A DNA stretch of 32,000 nt from Thermoproteus tenax Kra 1. Lineage in GTDB: Archaea; Thermoproteota; Thermoprotei; Thermoproteales; Thermoproteaceae. The stretch lies in the NCBI RefSeq assembly GCF_000253055.1, contig NC_016070.1, positions 450,001 through 482,000 on the forward strand, read 5' to 3'. The notes under the pieces were generated by a model that searched no databases, had not been told where the DNA came from, and worked only from the letters and a program-made list of their open reading frames with translations. Position 1 is the first letter of the stretch. Every line of letters starts with the position of its first letter. Positions 13,230-22,268 of the stretch are shown here, piece after piece. Both the position numbers and the translations under genes were made by a program.

Positions 13230-15584
13230 ATGGCTCTTCGGTCAAGCCAGTCTGCCAAGCCTAGGGACTGGCTCTGGACAGGCGTCATGGCCAGCTCCCT
13301 CCTGGCCACCTTCGCCATGGCGCTCTACTTCAGAATGTACAGAGTCTACTACTGGGGCTGGTGGATAGACGAGTTCGACCCATACATCCGCTACTATCTG
13401 GCACAATACACTCTTCAACACGGCATATCTTGGTGGTTCCAAGGCGCGCGCTTCGCGGACTTCTGGTACCCATGGGGCATCGACTGGGCCAGAGTGTTGA
13501 TCCCCGGAGTCTCGTTGTACGGCCTCTCAGTCTACTTCCTGTTGAGGCCGTTCGGCTTCGACCTCTGGCACGCCGTAGTGGTAGCCCCAGCGCTGTACAA
13601 CTCGCTGGCGGTGTTCACTATGTATTACTTCGTCTCAAGATTCAGCGATAAGAAGAACGCGCTTCTGGCCGCCATCTTGGCCGCCTATGCCCCCACCTAT
13701 CTGCAGAGGGGCTTCGGCGGATGGTTTGACGACGAGGCGCTGACTTTGTTCCTAGCGCCGCTGGGGCTCGGGCTCCTCGTCGAGGCCCTCAAGAGGAGAC
13801 CCGTCTTGTACGGTCTGTTGGGCACGGCGGCCATCGGCTTCATCGCTTGGACTTGGGGCGCGCAGTTCTATATATGGAACTTGGTGGGCTTCTCCGCACT
13901 TCTGTTGGCGGCCTACGCCATATTGCGGACGGCGCAGGGCAAGTCGCCGGGCTTCTCTGTCAAGAACTTGGCCATCTCGTACGCCATATTCTACTTCCTG
14001 TTCGCCGCCTTTGAGTCGGCGGTCTTAAGATACGGCCCTCACATGCTCCTTTCGGTCTACAACTTCATCCCCACTCTCGGCCTTGTAGCCACTGTGGGGC
14101 TCTATTTGGCCGAGGCCTACGTGGGATTGGACAGATCCTATAGGATCTTAAGGCGTGTGGCCGTGCCTGTGGCGGTCGCCGTCGCCGCCGTGGCGGCGGC
14201 CATACCTATTTTAGCCTATTTCCACATAATTGGCGGCAAGTTCCTCGCGACCATACTCCCCATAGGCCGTTCGGCGATAGTGCAGAGCGTGGCCGAGCAC
14301 ACATATTCGACCTTCGGCATAGAGGCGGTCTCCTACGGGCCTCTCGTCCCCTTCATCATAGCCTCAGTGCCCTTCCTGGCCAACCCCTACGGTCTGGGGC
14401 TCCTCGCCTACTTAGTCACGGGCAGCTACACCGCTGTGACTGAAGTGCGTTTGTTGATACTATTGGCCCCGGCGGCGGTCGCCGCGGCGGCCGTGGGCAT
14501 GGGCCAACTCATGAGAGTAAGGCGTTTCGGCTGGGCCGCCGCTCTACTCGCGGTCATATCGGCGGCTGTGTTTGTAGGGCTTGGGTGGTCCCAAGCCACA
14601 GCGCCTCAACAGATAGTCGTGTCCGCTACAGCGGGCCCGTCAGTGCCCAGCGCGGACTGGTTGGACGCCCTCATGTGGATGGCGACGCGGCTACCGCCCA
14701 ACGCCTCCGTGGCCGAGTGGTGGGACTATGGATATTGGGTGACGATCTTGGGCCACCGTCCCAGCCTCGCGGATAACTCGACGGTTAACTCGACCCAGAT
14801 AGGCACTATAGGCCTGGCCTTTATGTCCCCCGTGAACATAGGGGAGGAGATCTTCGCGAAGGATCTCAAGACTGACTACGTAGTGGCGTTTATGCCGTGG
14901 TCGGCGCTGTGCACGAACCCAAGCTATAAACAGTTCGGCCTCTGGAGCAACAACGTCGTGCCTCTGGGCAACGCCACCGGTTGGTTCGCCTTGCCCTTCT
15001 GCACTCTGGTACCAGAGATACCGGCCGGCGGCGACTTCCTCAAGTCCTACTGGATGGCCCAGATAGCCTACCAGATATATGGGGAGAACGTGGGCCAGTT
15101 CGGACTGCCCAAGAGCTACGCCCAACATTTGGCCGAACCCTTCGGCTACTTCTTCACAGGCACTTCGCAGACGGGGCCCTTCTTCGCTGTCGGCAACCAG
15201 TTCGTGATAGTCCCCCTCAATTTGACCACTCTGTTGTACACCATGTTGTTCAACCTAGAGAGAGTCTATTGGATGTGGACTCCCAACGCTTACGCCAGCT
15301 ACGGCTATCCCACGTGGATCTTCGCTGGAGTGCCCGCCGTGAATATCTTGACCGGCAACGAGACCTTCCTCCCGTGGCTACAGTACTACTTCTACGCGAA
15401 GATACCGCCGCAAAACCAGCCCATTCTAGGGTCGCTCTGTACTGTGAACAACGCCGGCTTCTGCTACCCTGTGGCCGGCTTAAACGCCACAGGCTTCGTG
15501 GCGGCGAGCCCGCCTCCCAATCTGAAGCTGATATACGTGTCGCACCCCTACGGTTGGGTCGTCGTCTACGAGATAAAGAGCTGA
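13230..15584 (+). CDS. aglB: Archaeal oligosaccharyltransferase AglB (STT3 family)
   Basis: The N-terminal half is multi-TM. Motifs are WIDEFDPYIRYY (first acidic D..D motif) and EWWDYGYW (WWDYG catalytic motif). The ORF opens at 13215 (GTG), but ATG 13230 sits about 25 nt from the TATA element AAAATAATTTATAG. Confidence 0.93.
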   Translation: MALRSSQSAKPRDWLWTGVMASSLLATFAMALYFRMYRVYYWGWWIDEFDPYIRYYLAQYTLQHGISWWFQGARFADFWYPWGIDWARVLIPGVSLYGLSVYFLLRPFGFDLWHAVVVAPALYNSLAVFTMYYFVSRFSDKKNALLAAILAAYAPTYLQRGFGGWFDDEALTLFLAPLGLGLLVEALKRRPVLYGLLGTAAIGFIAWTWGAQFYIWNLVGFSALLLAAYAILRTAQGKSPGFSVKNLAISYAIFYFLFAAFESAVLRYGPHMLLSVYNFIPTLGLVATVGLYLAEAYVGLDRSYRILRRVAVPVAVAVAAVAAAIPILAYFHIIGGKFLATILPIGRSAIVQSVAEHTYSTFGIEAVSYGPLVPFIIASVPFLANPYGLGLLAYLVTGSYTAVTEVRLLILLAPAAVAAAAVGMGQLMRVRRFGWAAALLAVISAAVFVGLGWSQATAPQQIVVSATAGPSVPSADWLDALMWMATRLPPNASVAEWWDYGYWVTILGHRPSLADNSTVNSTQIGTIGLAFMSPVNIGEEIFAKDLKTDYVVAFMPWSALCTNPSYKQFGLWSNNVVPLGNATGWFALPFCTLVPEIPAGGDFLKSYWMAQIAYQIYGENVGQFGLPKSYAQHLAEPFGYFFTGTSQTGPFFAVGNQFVIVPLNLTTLLYTMLFNLERVYWMWTPNAYASYGYPTWIFAGVPAVNILTGNETFLPWLQYYFYAKIPPQNQPILGSLCTVNNAGFCYPVAGLNATGFVAASPPPNLKLIYVSHPYGWVVVYEIKS

Positions 15585-15622
15585 GGGCGCTCAATTTTTA
15601 AACAACATTGAAAGCCTCGGCC

Positions 15623-16420
15623 ATGAAGCTCTCCAGAAAAGATCTTCCAGACGTAGGCGAGTTGGTCATAGGCACTGTGAAGAAGATAGCCGATCACGGA
15701 GCCTACGTCTTCCTAGACGAGTACGATGTAGAGGCCTTCGCGCCCACCCAAGAGCTTGTTCAATCTTGGTTCCACTCCATTAGAGAGTACGTAAAGGAGG
15801 GACAGAAGGCAGTGTTCAAGGTCACATCTGTGAACCCCAAGATGAGGGTCGTCGAGGTATCGCTCAAGAGAGTGAGAGATCAAGACAAAGAGAGAAAGCT
15901 CCTCCAGTGGAGGAGGGGGCTCAGAGCCTACAAACTGTTGGAGCTAGCCGCGTCTAAGGCCGGCGTGTCTCAACAAGAAGTGATAAAATACTACTGGGCG
16001 TTGGAGGACGCCTTCGGGGATCCACTGAGGGCCTTTGAGGATATAGTCAAGGTGGGGCCCGAGGTGATAAAGGGGGCGAGGCTTCCGCCGAAGCTGGAGC
16101 AGGCGGTGATAGAGGTGGCACAACAACATATAGAGCTCCCCGAGGTCAAGATATCGGGGGTGATAAAGGCGGTGAGCATAGAGAGCGATGGAGCAGACAG
16201 GATCAGAGATATGCTCAAGTCCGTGGCCGAGGCCGTGAAAAAGAAACATCCGCAGATAACGATGAAGTTGTACGTGATCGGCCCGCCGAGGTATAGAGTT
16301 GACTTGGCCGGCAAATTGCCCAAACAGCTGGAGGCTGCGTACAACGATCTGGCCACAGCACTTCAGGAGGCGGCCAAAAAGTATAAGGTTATCGCCTCTC
16401 TACAGAGGATCGAGAAATGA
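15623..16420 (+). CDS. eif2a: Translation initiation factor aIF2 alpha subunit
   Basis: The S1 domain LPDVGELVIGTVKKIADHGAYVFLDEY is followed by helical and alpha-beta domains, and the length is typical. ATG 15623 is about 25 nt from the TATA element CAATTTTTAAAC. The ORF-track start TTG 15608 is less likely. Confidence 0.93.
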   Translation: MKLSRKDLPDVGELVIGTVKKIADHGAYVFLDEYDVEAFAPTQELVQSWFHSIREYVKEGQKAVFKVTSVNPKMRVVEVSLKRVRDQDKERKLLQWRRGLRAYKLLELAASKAGVSQQEVIKYYWALEDAFGDPLRAFEDIVKVGPEVIKGARLPPKLEQAVIEVAQQHIELPEVKISGVIKAVSIESDGADRIRDMLKSVAEAVKKKHPQITMKLYVIGPPRYRVDLAGKLPKQLEAAYNDLATALQEAAKKYKVIASLQRIEK

Positions 16421-16638
16421 GGTCTCTGTTGATGCGCTGCACTAGGTGCGGGGCCTACACCCTCCGTAAAGATGTCTGTCCGAAGTGCGGAGGCCTCTGG
16501 AGTGCCCCATCCACCGAAGTACAGCCCGAGGACAAATATCAAGTCTACAGAATCAAGATGAGGGTGATGGCGGGCGAGATAAAAGTCTCCGAGGAGACGA
16601 AAAGAAAACTTTTGGGAGAGGCGCAGTCTACAACCTAA
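16417..16638 (+). CDS. nop10: H/ACA RNP protein Nop10, with an internal 9-codon out-of-frame segment
   Basis: It has the zinc ribbon CTRCGAYTLRKDVCPKCGG and the motif EDKYQVYR. It overlaps the eif2a stop (ATGA) in the usual aIF2a-Nop10 arrangement. The conserved PHPPKYSP is readable only in the +1 frame (16505-16528). Confidence 0.8.
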   Translation: MRSLLMRCTRCGAYTLRKDVCPKCGGLWSAPSTEVQPEDKYQVYRIKMRVMAGEIKVSEETKRKLLGEAQSTT

Positions 16639-16666
16639 GCTCTCCTCGGCCTGGGCAATGACGTAG

Positions 16667-16671
16667 AAAAA
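16667..16671 (-). terminator. Oligo-T tract (T5 on the minus strand) about 40 nt downstream of the dehydrogenase gene
   Basis: The minus strand reads GAGGGCGCGTTTTTC after the stop at 16712. Archaeal termination typically uses oligo-T. Confidence 0.35.
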
Positions 16672-16711
16672 CGCGCCCTCTCTAACGGCTCAACTCTGGC
16701 GCCCCGGGCGT

Positions 16712-17572
16712 TCACGCCGATCTTTTAAAGAGCTCCAAAATTGCCGAGAAGTCCCTCTCAGAGAGGCCCATCCCCTCCGCGAATCTATAGAGCTGGAGCG
16801 CCAATGCCGAGAGCGGCAGAGGGGCTCTGATGCGCCTTGCCTCTTGTTGGACGATCTCCAGGTCCTTCCTCATGTGTTTCATGGCGAACTGCACTGAGTA
16901 GTCCCCCTGGGCCATCTTAGGTGCTTTCAATTCCGCAGTGGGGGATCGCGCGGAGCTGTACTTCGTCAGTAGATCCACTAAGAACCTCGGGTCCAGACCG
17001 GCTTTAAGGCCGAAGTTGAATGCCTCAGCCATGGCCGCCACATAGGCCCCCAACAACAAGTTGTTGACGAGCTTGGCGTACAAGCCATATCCATTGGGCC
17101 CCACGTAGATCACCGAGTTGGACGTATGGGAGAGCACCTCCTTCACTAGGTCGAGCCTCTCTTGAGGGCCTCCCACTAGGATCACGATCTGTCTCCTCTC
17201 AACTGCTATCGATGTGCCGATGACGGGCGCGTCGTACATTAGCCCTCCGGCAGCCATTATCTGTTGGGCAAGGCCCACGGAGGTCGTCGGCGATATAGTG
17301 GACATGTCTATCAGTACTTTGCCCTTCATTTTCTCCCTCAGAGCGCCCACGATGGACAAAACGGCCTCGTCGTCGGACAACATAGTTATGATAACGTCGG
17401 TTCTCTCGGCCAAATCTTGAGGCGTATCGGCGGCAAGTACGCTATATTTCCTCGAGAACTCCTCGGCCTTGTGTCTCGATCTGTTATATACAGCGGCGAG
17501 GAGCCCGTCGGAGGCTAAGTTGGCCGCTATGCGCCAGCCCATAACTCCTAGCCCGATTAAGCCCACTCTCAT
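16712..17572 (-). CDS. NAD(P)-dependent beta-hydroxyacid dehydrogenase (3-hydroxyisobutyrate dehydrogenase family)
   Basis: MRVGLIGLGVMGWRIAANL is the Rossmann GxGxxG motif, and the layout and length fit the HIBADH family. ATG 17572 is preferred over TTG 17593 because the TATA element GCTTTAATTG (17601-17592) is 25 nt upstream of it. Confidence 0.85.
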   Translation of the reverse strand: MRVGLIGLGVMGWRIAANLASDGLLAAVYNRSRHKAEEFSRKYSVLAADTPQDLAERTDVIITMLSDDEAVLSIVGALREKMKGKVLIDMSTISPTTSVGLAQQIMAAGGLMYDAPVIGTSIAVERRQIVILVGGPQERLDLVKEVLSHTSNSVIYVGPNGYGLYAKLVNNLLLGAYVAAMAEAFNFGLKAGLDPRFLVDLLTKYSSARSPTAELKAPKMAQGDYSVQFAMKHMRKDLEIVQQEARRIRAPLPLSALALQLYRFAEGMGLSERDFSAILELFKRSA

Positions 17573-17633
17573 ATACGGCAATGAATACCCCAATTAAAGC
17601 ATGAACGTTTTAATCTAGGTCTCGATCCTTGTC

Positions 17634-18347
17634 GTGATAAAGGCCGTCTTCTTCGACTTGGACGGAACGCTTATCGACGACGTTGAGGCAAGGAAGAGGG
17701 CCCAGTTCGCCGTCGCCAAGTTTATGACGGAACGATACGGCGTGAGGCTACACAAGGCGGCCGAGCTAATCGCCAAAATAGAGGAGGAAATGGATATGGC
17801 GCGCCGCTACAGAAGGGAGGATCGGTGGCGCGCCCTCTTCGAGAGACTCGGCTTCATCTACGATGGAGAAATCGGGGGCCTCCTCACGAAGATCTACTTC
17901 GCAGAACTAATGGAGGCCATGCGCCCCTTCAAGGACGCCAGAGTGCTTCTGAGCTACCTGCGCGGGAGAGTCAGGCTCGGCATCATCACCGACACCGACG
18001 GCGAGCCGGGCCTCAAGAGGGAGAGGATAAAGAGAAGCGGCCTGCCTCTAGATCTCTTCGATATAGTAGTCGTTGCTGGGGAGGACACAGCGGACACCAA
18101 GCCGAGCGCGTCGCCGTTCAGTTTCGCGATGGCCAAGTTGGGATTGGGTCCGTGGCAGGCGGTCTACGTCGGCGATAAGGCGTATGCCGACGTGCCGGGG
18201 GCGCGAGAGGCCGGCATGTATACAGTCATAGTCCACAGAGGGGCGCACAGCGAGCCGAAGTCGCCCGAGCAGCGCCCCGATCTGATGCTGGGCTCTCTTG
18301 CGCAACTCCAGTTTGTATTAAGGTGGCCTGAGCGCGCCCTTCGCTGA
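17634..18347 (+). CDS. HAD-superfamily hydrolase (phosphatase/dehalogenase-like)
   Basis: VFFDLDGTLID is motif I, GIITDT is motif II, and VGDKAYADV is motif IV. GTG start, with the TATA element TTTTAATC about 25 nt upstream. Confidence 0.85.
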   Translation: MIKAVFFDLDGTLIDDVEARKRAQFAVAKFMTERYGVRLHKAAELIAKIEEEMDMARRYRREDRWRALFERLGFIYDGEIGGLLTKIYFAELMEAMRPFKDARVLLSYLRGRVRLGIITDTDGEPGLKRERIKRSGLPLDLFDIVVVAGEDTADTKPSASPFSFAMAKLGLGPWQAVYVGDKAYADVPGAREAGMYTVIVHRGAHSEPKSPEQRPDLMLGSLAQLQFVLRWPERALR

Positions 18348-18953
18348 ACGCTTCAGTCGCACGTTTGAGAGATCCCCCGGCTCGAGGCTTGCCAGAGATA
18401 TTATACCTGCCTTGAGTTGCGCTTGGCCCTTTCGGAGGGCCTCGAACAATTGGCCTATGTCGGCCACCATATCCCTGCGCAAAGCTATCGCGTATACCTC
18501 CCTCAGCCCCGACCCTCTCTCCAAGATCGCCATCGTTGCTCCGTCGCCAGAGATCGCCTCGGCCAGCGCCGTCGCCAAAACGTATGGATCGCCCCTCTTT
18601 AGATATATATCTACAATACTGCCTCGCCGGTCCTCGCTAAAGGCCTCCATCTCTATATAGCTATTCCCCTCTATGCGTACCGACACGATGGCCGGCTCTC
18701 CAAAGGCTCTTCCGAAACCCGCGATCTGGGCGCTTGAGCCCATCGGGAGGCGCTCCAGATCGGAGAACGCGGCCGTGAGATCTGCGTCCATCACAGAGGC
18801 TCCGAAGACCTCGTCGACGGCTAGTACGCCGTAATCCGCCAGGGTCTTGATTATCTTCCTAACGCTATCCGGCGTTATGACGCCGATGAACCGCACGGGC
18901 TTTATCTTGGGGGTATTAATTTGTTTTAATTCTAATGAAGAAACTGAATTCAC
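18318..18953 (-). CDS. Hypothetical protein
   Basis: 211-aa ORF. The first 19 codons lie in an AT-rich promoter-like stretch. GTG 18896 (MRFIGVITPDS..., 192 aa) is 25 nt from AAATTAATAC and is the likelier start. I recognise no family. Confidence 0.5.
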   Translation of the reverse strand: MNSVSSLELKQINTPKIKPVRFIGVITPDSVRKIIKTLADYGVLAVDEVFGASVMDADLTAAFSDLERLPMGSSAQIAGFGRAFGEPAIVSVRIEGNSYIEMEAFSEDRRGSIVDIYLKRGDPYVLATALAEAISGDGATMAILERGSGLREVYAIALRRDMVADIGQLFEALRKGQAQLKAGIISLASLEPGDLSNVRLKRSAKGALRPP

Positions 18954-18977
18954 TTATTGTTGAAATAGGCTTCCGAC

Positions 18978-19796
18978 CTATAGCTCTAATCTACGGCGCC
19001 CTTTATCGTACATGCGCCATTCTTCCTCGGCGGTTCTACAGATCACCCCGAGCGCTGAACACTCACTCTTTATCTCCTGTGTTTTGCTCCTCCACCAACT
19101 GCGATCGGCGCTGGCACTTATTCCCAACGCCGACAACATGGCGTCTGCGCCCGGGCGGGGCCTATATCTGTCAACGAAGACCTCGCTATGGGTCCTCTTT
19201 GCGAGTTCGAGCACGGGGCGGTAGTCCTCGGCGCTGTCGTTAAGCCCCTTGATCAGAGGGCCCAGGAAGATCCACGTCCTCACGCCGAGCTCCGATATTC
19301 TGGTCAACGCGTACGCCCTCGCCTCAGGCGGAGGGGCCTTTGGCTCCAACAACCGCGCCTTATCTCTGTCCATAGTAGTTATAGTGAATCCCACGTCCAC
19401 TCTATCTCTGTAGACGAAGAGCAGATCGGCGTCCTTTAATATGAACGTGGACTTCGTCTGTATAGATGCGTGAAAGCCCGCTGGCAACAGTATCTCCAAC
19501 GAGCTCCTCGTGATGCGGTACTTGGCCTCAACTGGCTGATAGGGGTCCGTGATAGTGGAGATCCCGACTATGCCTGGCCTCAACACTTTCACCTCGCTTC
19601 TCAAGAGGGCCGGGATGTTGACTTTGACGTACACCACTTCGCCCCAACGTCTGCCTGCGTCCCCCCCTGTGAAGTCTCTGGCATAGCAGTAGCGACAGCC
19701 GTGATAGCATCCAAGATAGGGGTTCAAGGCGTATTGGTATTCGGGGAGGCCGGATGGAGTAAGGGCGTGCGATGCCCTTATCTCTATTACCCTCAC
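18978..19796 (-). CDS. Radical SAM protein of the SplB / 'DNA repair photolyase' (COG1533-like) type
   Basis: LNPYLGCYHGCRYCYA contains the CxxxCxxC radical-SAM cluster in the N-terminal context typical of the SPL-related family. 272 aa. Its GTG start overlaps the upstream gene's TGA (GTGA). Confidence 0.75.
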   Translation of the reverse strand: MRVIEIRASHALTPSGLPEYQYALNPYLGCYHGCRYCYARDFTGGDAGRRWGEVVYVKVNIPALLRSEVKVLRPGIVGISTITDPYQPVEAKYRITRSSLEILLPAGFHASIQTKSTFILKDADLLFVYRDRVDVGFTITTMDRDKARLLEPKAPPPEARAYALTRISELGVRTWIFLGPLIKGLNDSAEDYRPVLELAKRTHSEVFVDRYRPRPGADAMLSALGISASADRSWWRSKTQEIKSECSALGVICRTAEEEWRMYDKGRRRLEL

Positions 19797-20947
19797 TGTA
19801 GTCTAAACTTACACGTGGCTATCGTGGACTCGAAGGTAAGCGCCTTCAAGGAGTTGGCCACAATCTCGCCTCCCTCCTCCGAGAGCGCCACAACGTTGTC
19901 CGCGAAGATCGAGACTCCTCTGTCCTCCGATGCCATAAAGATGCCTGGCACTGACGTCTCCCTTAACAGCTTCCTTATCCTCTGGAACATATCCAAGGCC
20001 AGGTCTCTGCCCAACACGACGAAGTCAGCATCGAGCCAGTCCATTATCACTACGTCGGGTCTCGCAAGCTCTATGGCCTTATATAGGCTGTAGAGGTTCT
20101 GCCAATAGGCCTGAGGCCTTGTCTCAAACGCTCTGACTGCGATCCTCCCCCCGAGCTTTTCCACATATGAACTGAATCTGGCGGGGTCTACGGTCCTCGC
20201 CGCCAGAAAGACTCTATAGCCTTGTTTGGACAAATTGGAGGCCAATACTGCGAGGAACCTTAGGAAATACGAGGAGGGCGGCGCCAAGAACACGTTGGCC
20301 ATGCCGCCGGCTAGTCCTCCCAACATTTTGTCGATGCATGATATATTGGTGTTTATCTGCGTCCCCTCGCGCCGCCACGATGGGGATATGTCGTCGAAGA
20401 ACACAATGCCCTCTCCCTCAAGGATGTCGAAGACCTTTATGTAGCCTGCGGGCCTCCCCCTGATCTTCTCGAAGTCGGCATAACGGAGGGAGGTGCCCTT
20501 CTCCGAGGTCCTCCTGATCAAGTGTATTATGTTGTCCGCGATATAGTTTAGAGGAACTGCCGCCTCCTCTTCGGCGATTAGGACTATATCCGTTCCTGTG
20601 GGCCTCAGAGCTCTATAGACTACGTTTGTCAAATGAGTTCTATCTAGGCCTTGGAGCTGGCTTATTGAGTCTATGACCAACATAGATGGTGCATTCTCCG
20701 AGGTCTGAGCCACTATGTAGTTGAACACGCTCTCTGCGTCGGTTAATACGGCGTCCCACACATTGGCCCTTCCTAGGTCGTAGCCCACCTTAAGCATGTT
20801 GTTGACGAGGGTTTCTCTGTCCTCATAAAAGGAGACCCAGAAGACAGACTCGCCGTTCATCAAGCGCCGCGATGCTACCATGGCGGCGAACGTAGTCTTG
20901 CCTGTGCCGGGCTGTCCATAGATCAGAGTAATGCCCTTCAACTCCAC
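19793..20947 (-). CDS. KaiC/RadA-like RecA-superfamily ATPase, with a degenerate second domain
   Basis: The N-terminal domain has Walker A (IYGQPGTGKT) and a Walker B-like MLVIDSIS. Residues from about 200 to 384 repeat the fold without a P-loop. GTG start, with an AT-rich TATA region (20961-20983) in the 42-nt spacer. Confidence 0.75.
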   Translation of the reverse strand: MELKGITLIYGQPGTGKTTFAAMVASRRLMNGESVFWVSFYEDRETLVNNMLKVGYDLGRANVWDAVLTDAESVFNYIVAQTSENAPSMLVIDSISQLQGLDRTHLTNVVYRALRPTGTDIVLIAEEEAAVPLNYIADNIIHLIRRTSEKGTSLRYADFEKIRGRPAGYIKVFDILEGEGIVFFDDISPSWRREGTQINTNISCIDKMLGGLAGGMANVFLAPPSSYFLRFLAVLASNLSKQGYRVFLAARTVDPARFSSYVEKLGGRIAVRAFETRPQAYWQNLYSLYKAIELARPDVVIMDWLDADFVVLGRDLALDMFQRIRKLLRETSVPGIFMASEDRGVSIFADNVVALSEEGGEIVANSLKALTFESTIATCKFRLQ

Positions 20948-20989
20948 GACCAGAAACGTTCGATATATATTTTCTATTTTTACGTCTAC

Positions 20990-22207
20990 TCAGAGCCTTG
21001 CGCTCCTAAGCAATCTGACGATGTGCGACCGCGAGTACCAGAGGTCTAGAGGGAGCTTGAGCTGCGATGCTATAAACTTCAGCGCCTCGCCCAAGTCGTC
21101 GAACTTCTCGGGCCTCTCGCGGAACATAGCTCTCACGTTTTCGCGGACGTACCACACGCCTATCGGCAGATCGAACCCTGGGTATATCTCGCGCCACAAG
21201 ACGGCGGCGGCTTGTCTGCCCATGGCGTGCAACGCCTCGGCCGCAGCCAACCTTGCCGCATAGTAGCACCCTCCTATCGATGGATAAGTCGTCCTACCCC
21301 GGGGCCCTTCCCAGTCCACCTCAACTTCGGGCGAGGCGCCGTATTGATTCCAAGTGGTGCCGGGGAACCACGCCTCCCCCCACTCGTACATGAAACCGCC
21401 CGGCGCCAACAGCGCCACGAAGGTGTTTCCCTTGGTTTTTCTGACATAGACGTAGTATCTATCGATCGGGGGAAGCCTCTTGATCTCCTCCACCAATCTG
21501 TCCGATATCTGTTTATCCACTGCCGTGATGCTCCAGCGTGTCGGCACCAGCCTCCTCCTTCTCCCGACTCCTATGGCGCCCACGCTGAGGAACCTCGAGA
21601 TTCTGTGGACGTCAACGCCGTAGTTATATAATTTCCATACGGCCTCTGCCGCCGGGAGGTCTACGTCCTCGTACGCCTTCTCTACGATCCTCTCGGGCGG
21701 CGGAAGCGAGCCTATCTTTAACGACAGAAGGGGGGAGGAGGGCCCGAGAGGGGGCACGTGTTCGTCCAAGAGGGGCTCTGGCTTCAACGGCCTCTTGAGC
21801 GTCAGCTCCACATCGGCCGGTCTGGGCGATAGAGCCAGCGCCTGTACATCGCTGAGGGCTCTCCCAGGCGATCTGGCCGAGCGAACGTCCAACTCCAGCG
21901 ATCCCCTCGCCAATATGAGCCTCGAGGCTAGGAAGTCCTCCAAGCTCATATGGAGCCAGGCCTTGGGGTCCTCCAAGCTCGAAGTATCGCCCGAGATGGG
22001 GGGCACCGACGGATAGACTCTGACCTTAGGCCATCCAACTCTCCCAACGAAGACGCTGGGAGGGGAGGAGCCGCTGACCTCTCTTCTGCCCGCGACAGCC
22101 TCGGAATACGCCTTCACTTTGGCCTTGACGAACACGGGACAATATGGAAGACCGCAGAGCCCCTTGGCCCCCCTACATCTGATGCAGAGCGATGGATCTA
22201 TTCTCAC
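20990..22207 (-). CDS. nreA: NreA-like protein (archaeal Nre family, DNA-repair associated)
   Basis: The N-terminus LCIRCRGAKGLCGLPYCP, followed by PPSVFVGRVGWPKV, matches my memory of the Nre_N domain. 405 aa. GTG start, with the TATA element GAATTAATTAATTC 25 nt upstream. Not verified by search. Confidence 0.6.
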   Translation of the reverse strand: MRIDPSLCIRCRGAKGLCGLPYCPVFVKAKVKAYSEAVAGRREVSGSSPPSVFVGRVGWPKVRVYPSVPPISGDTSSLEDPKAWLHMSLEDFLASRLILARGSLELDVRSARSPGRALSDVQALALSPRPADVELTLKRPLKPEPLLDEHVPPLGPSSPLLSLKIGSLPPPERIVEKAYEDVDLPAAEAVWKLYNYGVDVHRISRFLSVGAIGVGRRRRLVPTRWSITAVDKQISDRLVEEIKRLPPIDRYYVYVRKTKGNTFVALLAPGGFMYEWGEAWFPGTTWNQYGASPEVEVDWEGPRGRTTYPSIGGCYYAARLAAAEALHAMGRQAAAVLWREIYPGFDLPIGVWYVRENVRAMFRERPEKFDDLGEALKFIASQLKLPLDLWYSRSHIVRLLRSARL

Positions 22208-22268
22208 GGAGGTTTATCGCTGAATTAATTAATTCCTTAGACGAAATCCTTAAATCGATCCCCTTGGC

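Noticed and set aside
13016-13318. 100-aa minus-strand ORF
   Set aside because: It is antisense to the zinc-ribbon micro-ORF, the aglB promoter and the aglB start. It has no motif or promoter support.
18897-18953. First 19 codons of ORF 18318..18953 (MNSVSSLELKQINTPKIKP)
   Set aside because: This stretch is AT-rich and promoter-like. It contains the TATA-like AAATTAATAC placed 25 nt upstream of the in-frame GTG at 18896, so it is more likely promoter than coding sequence.
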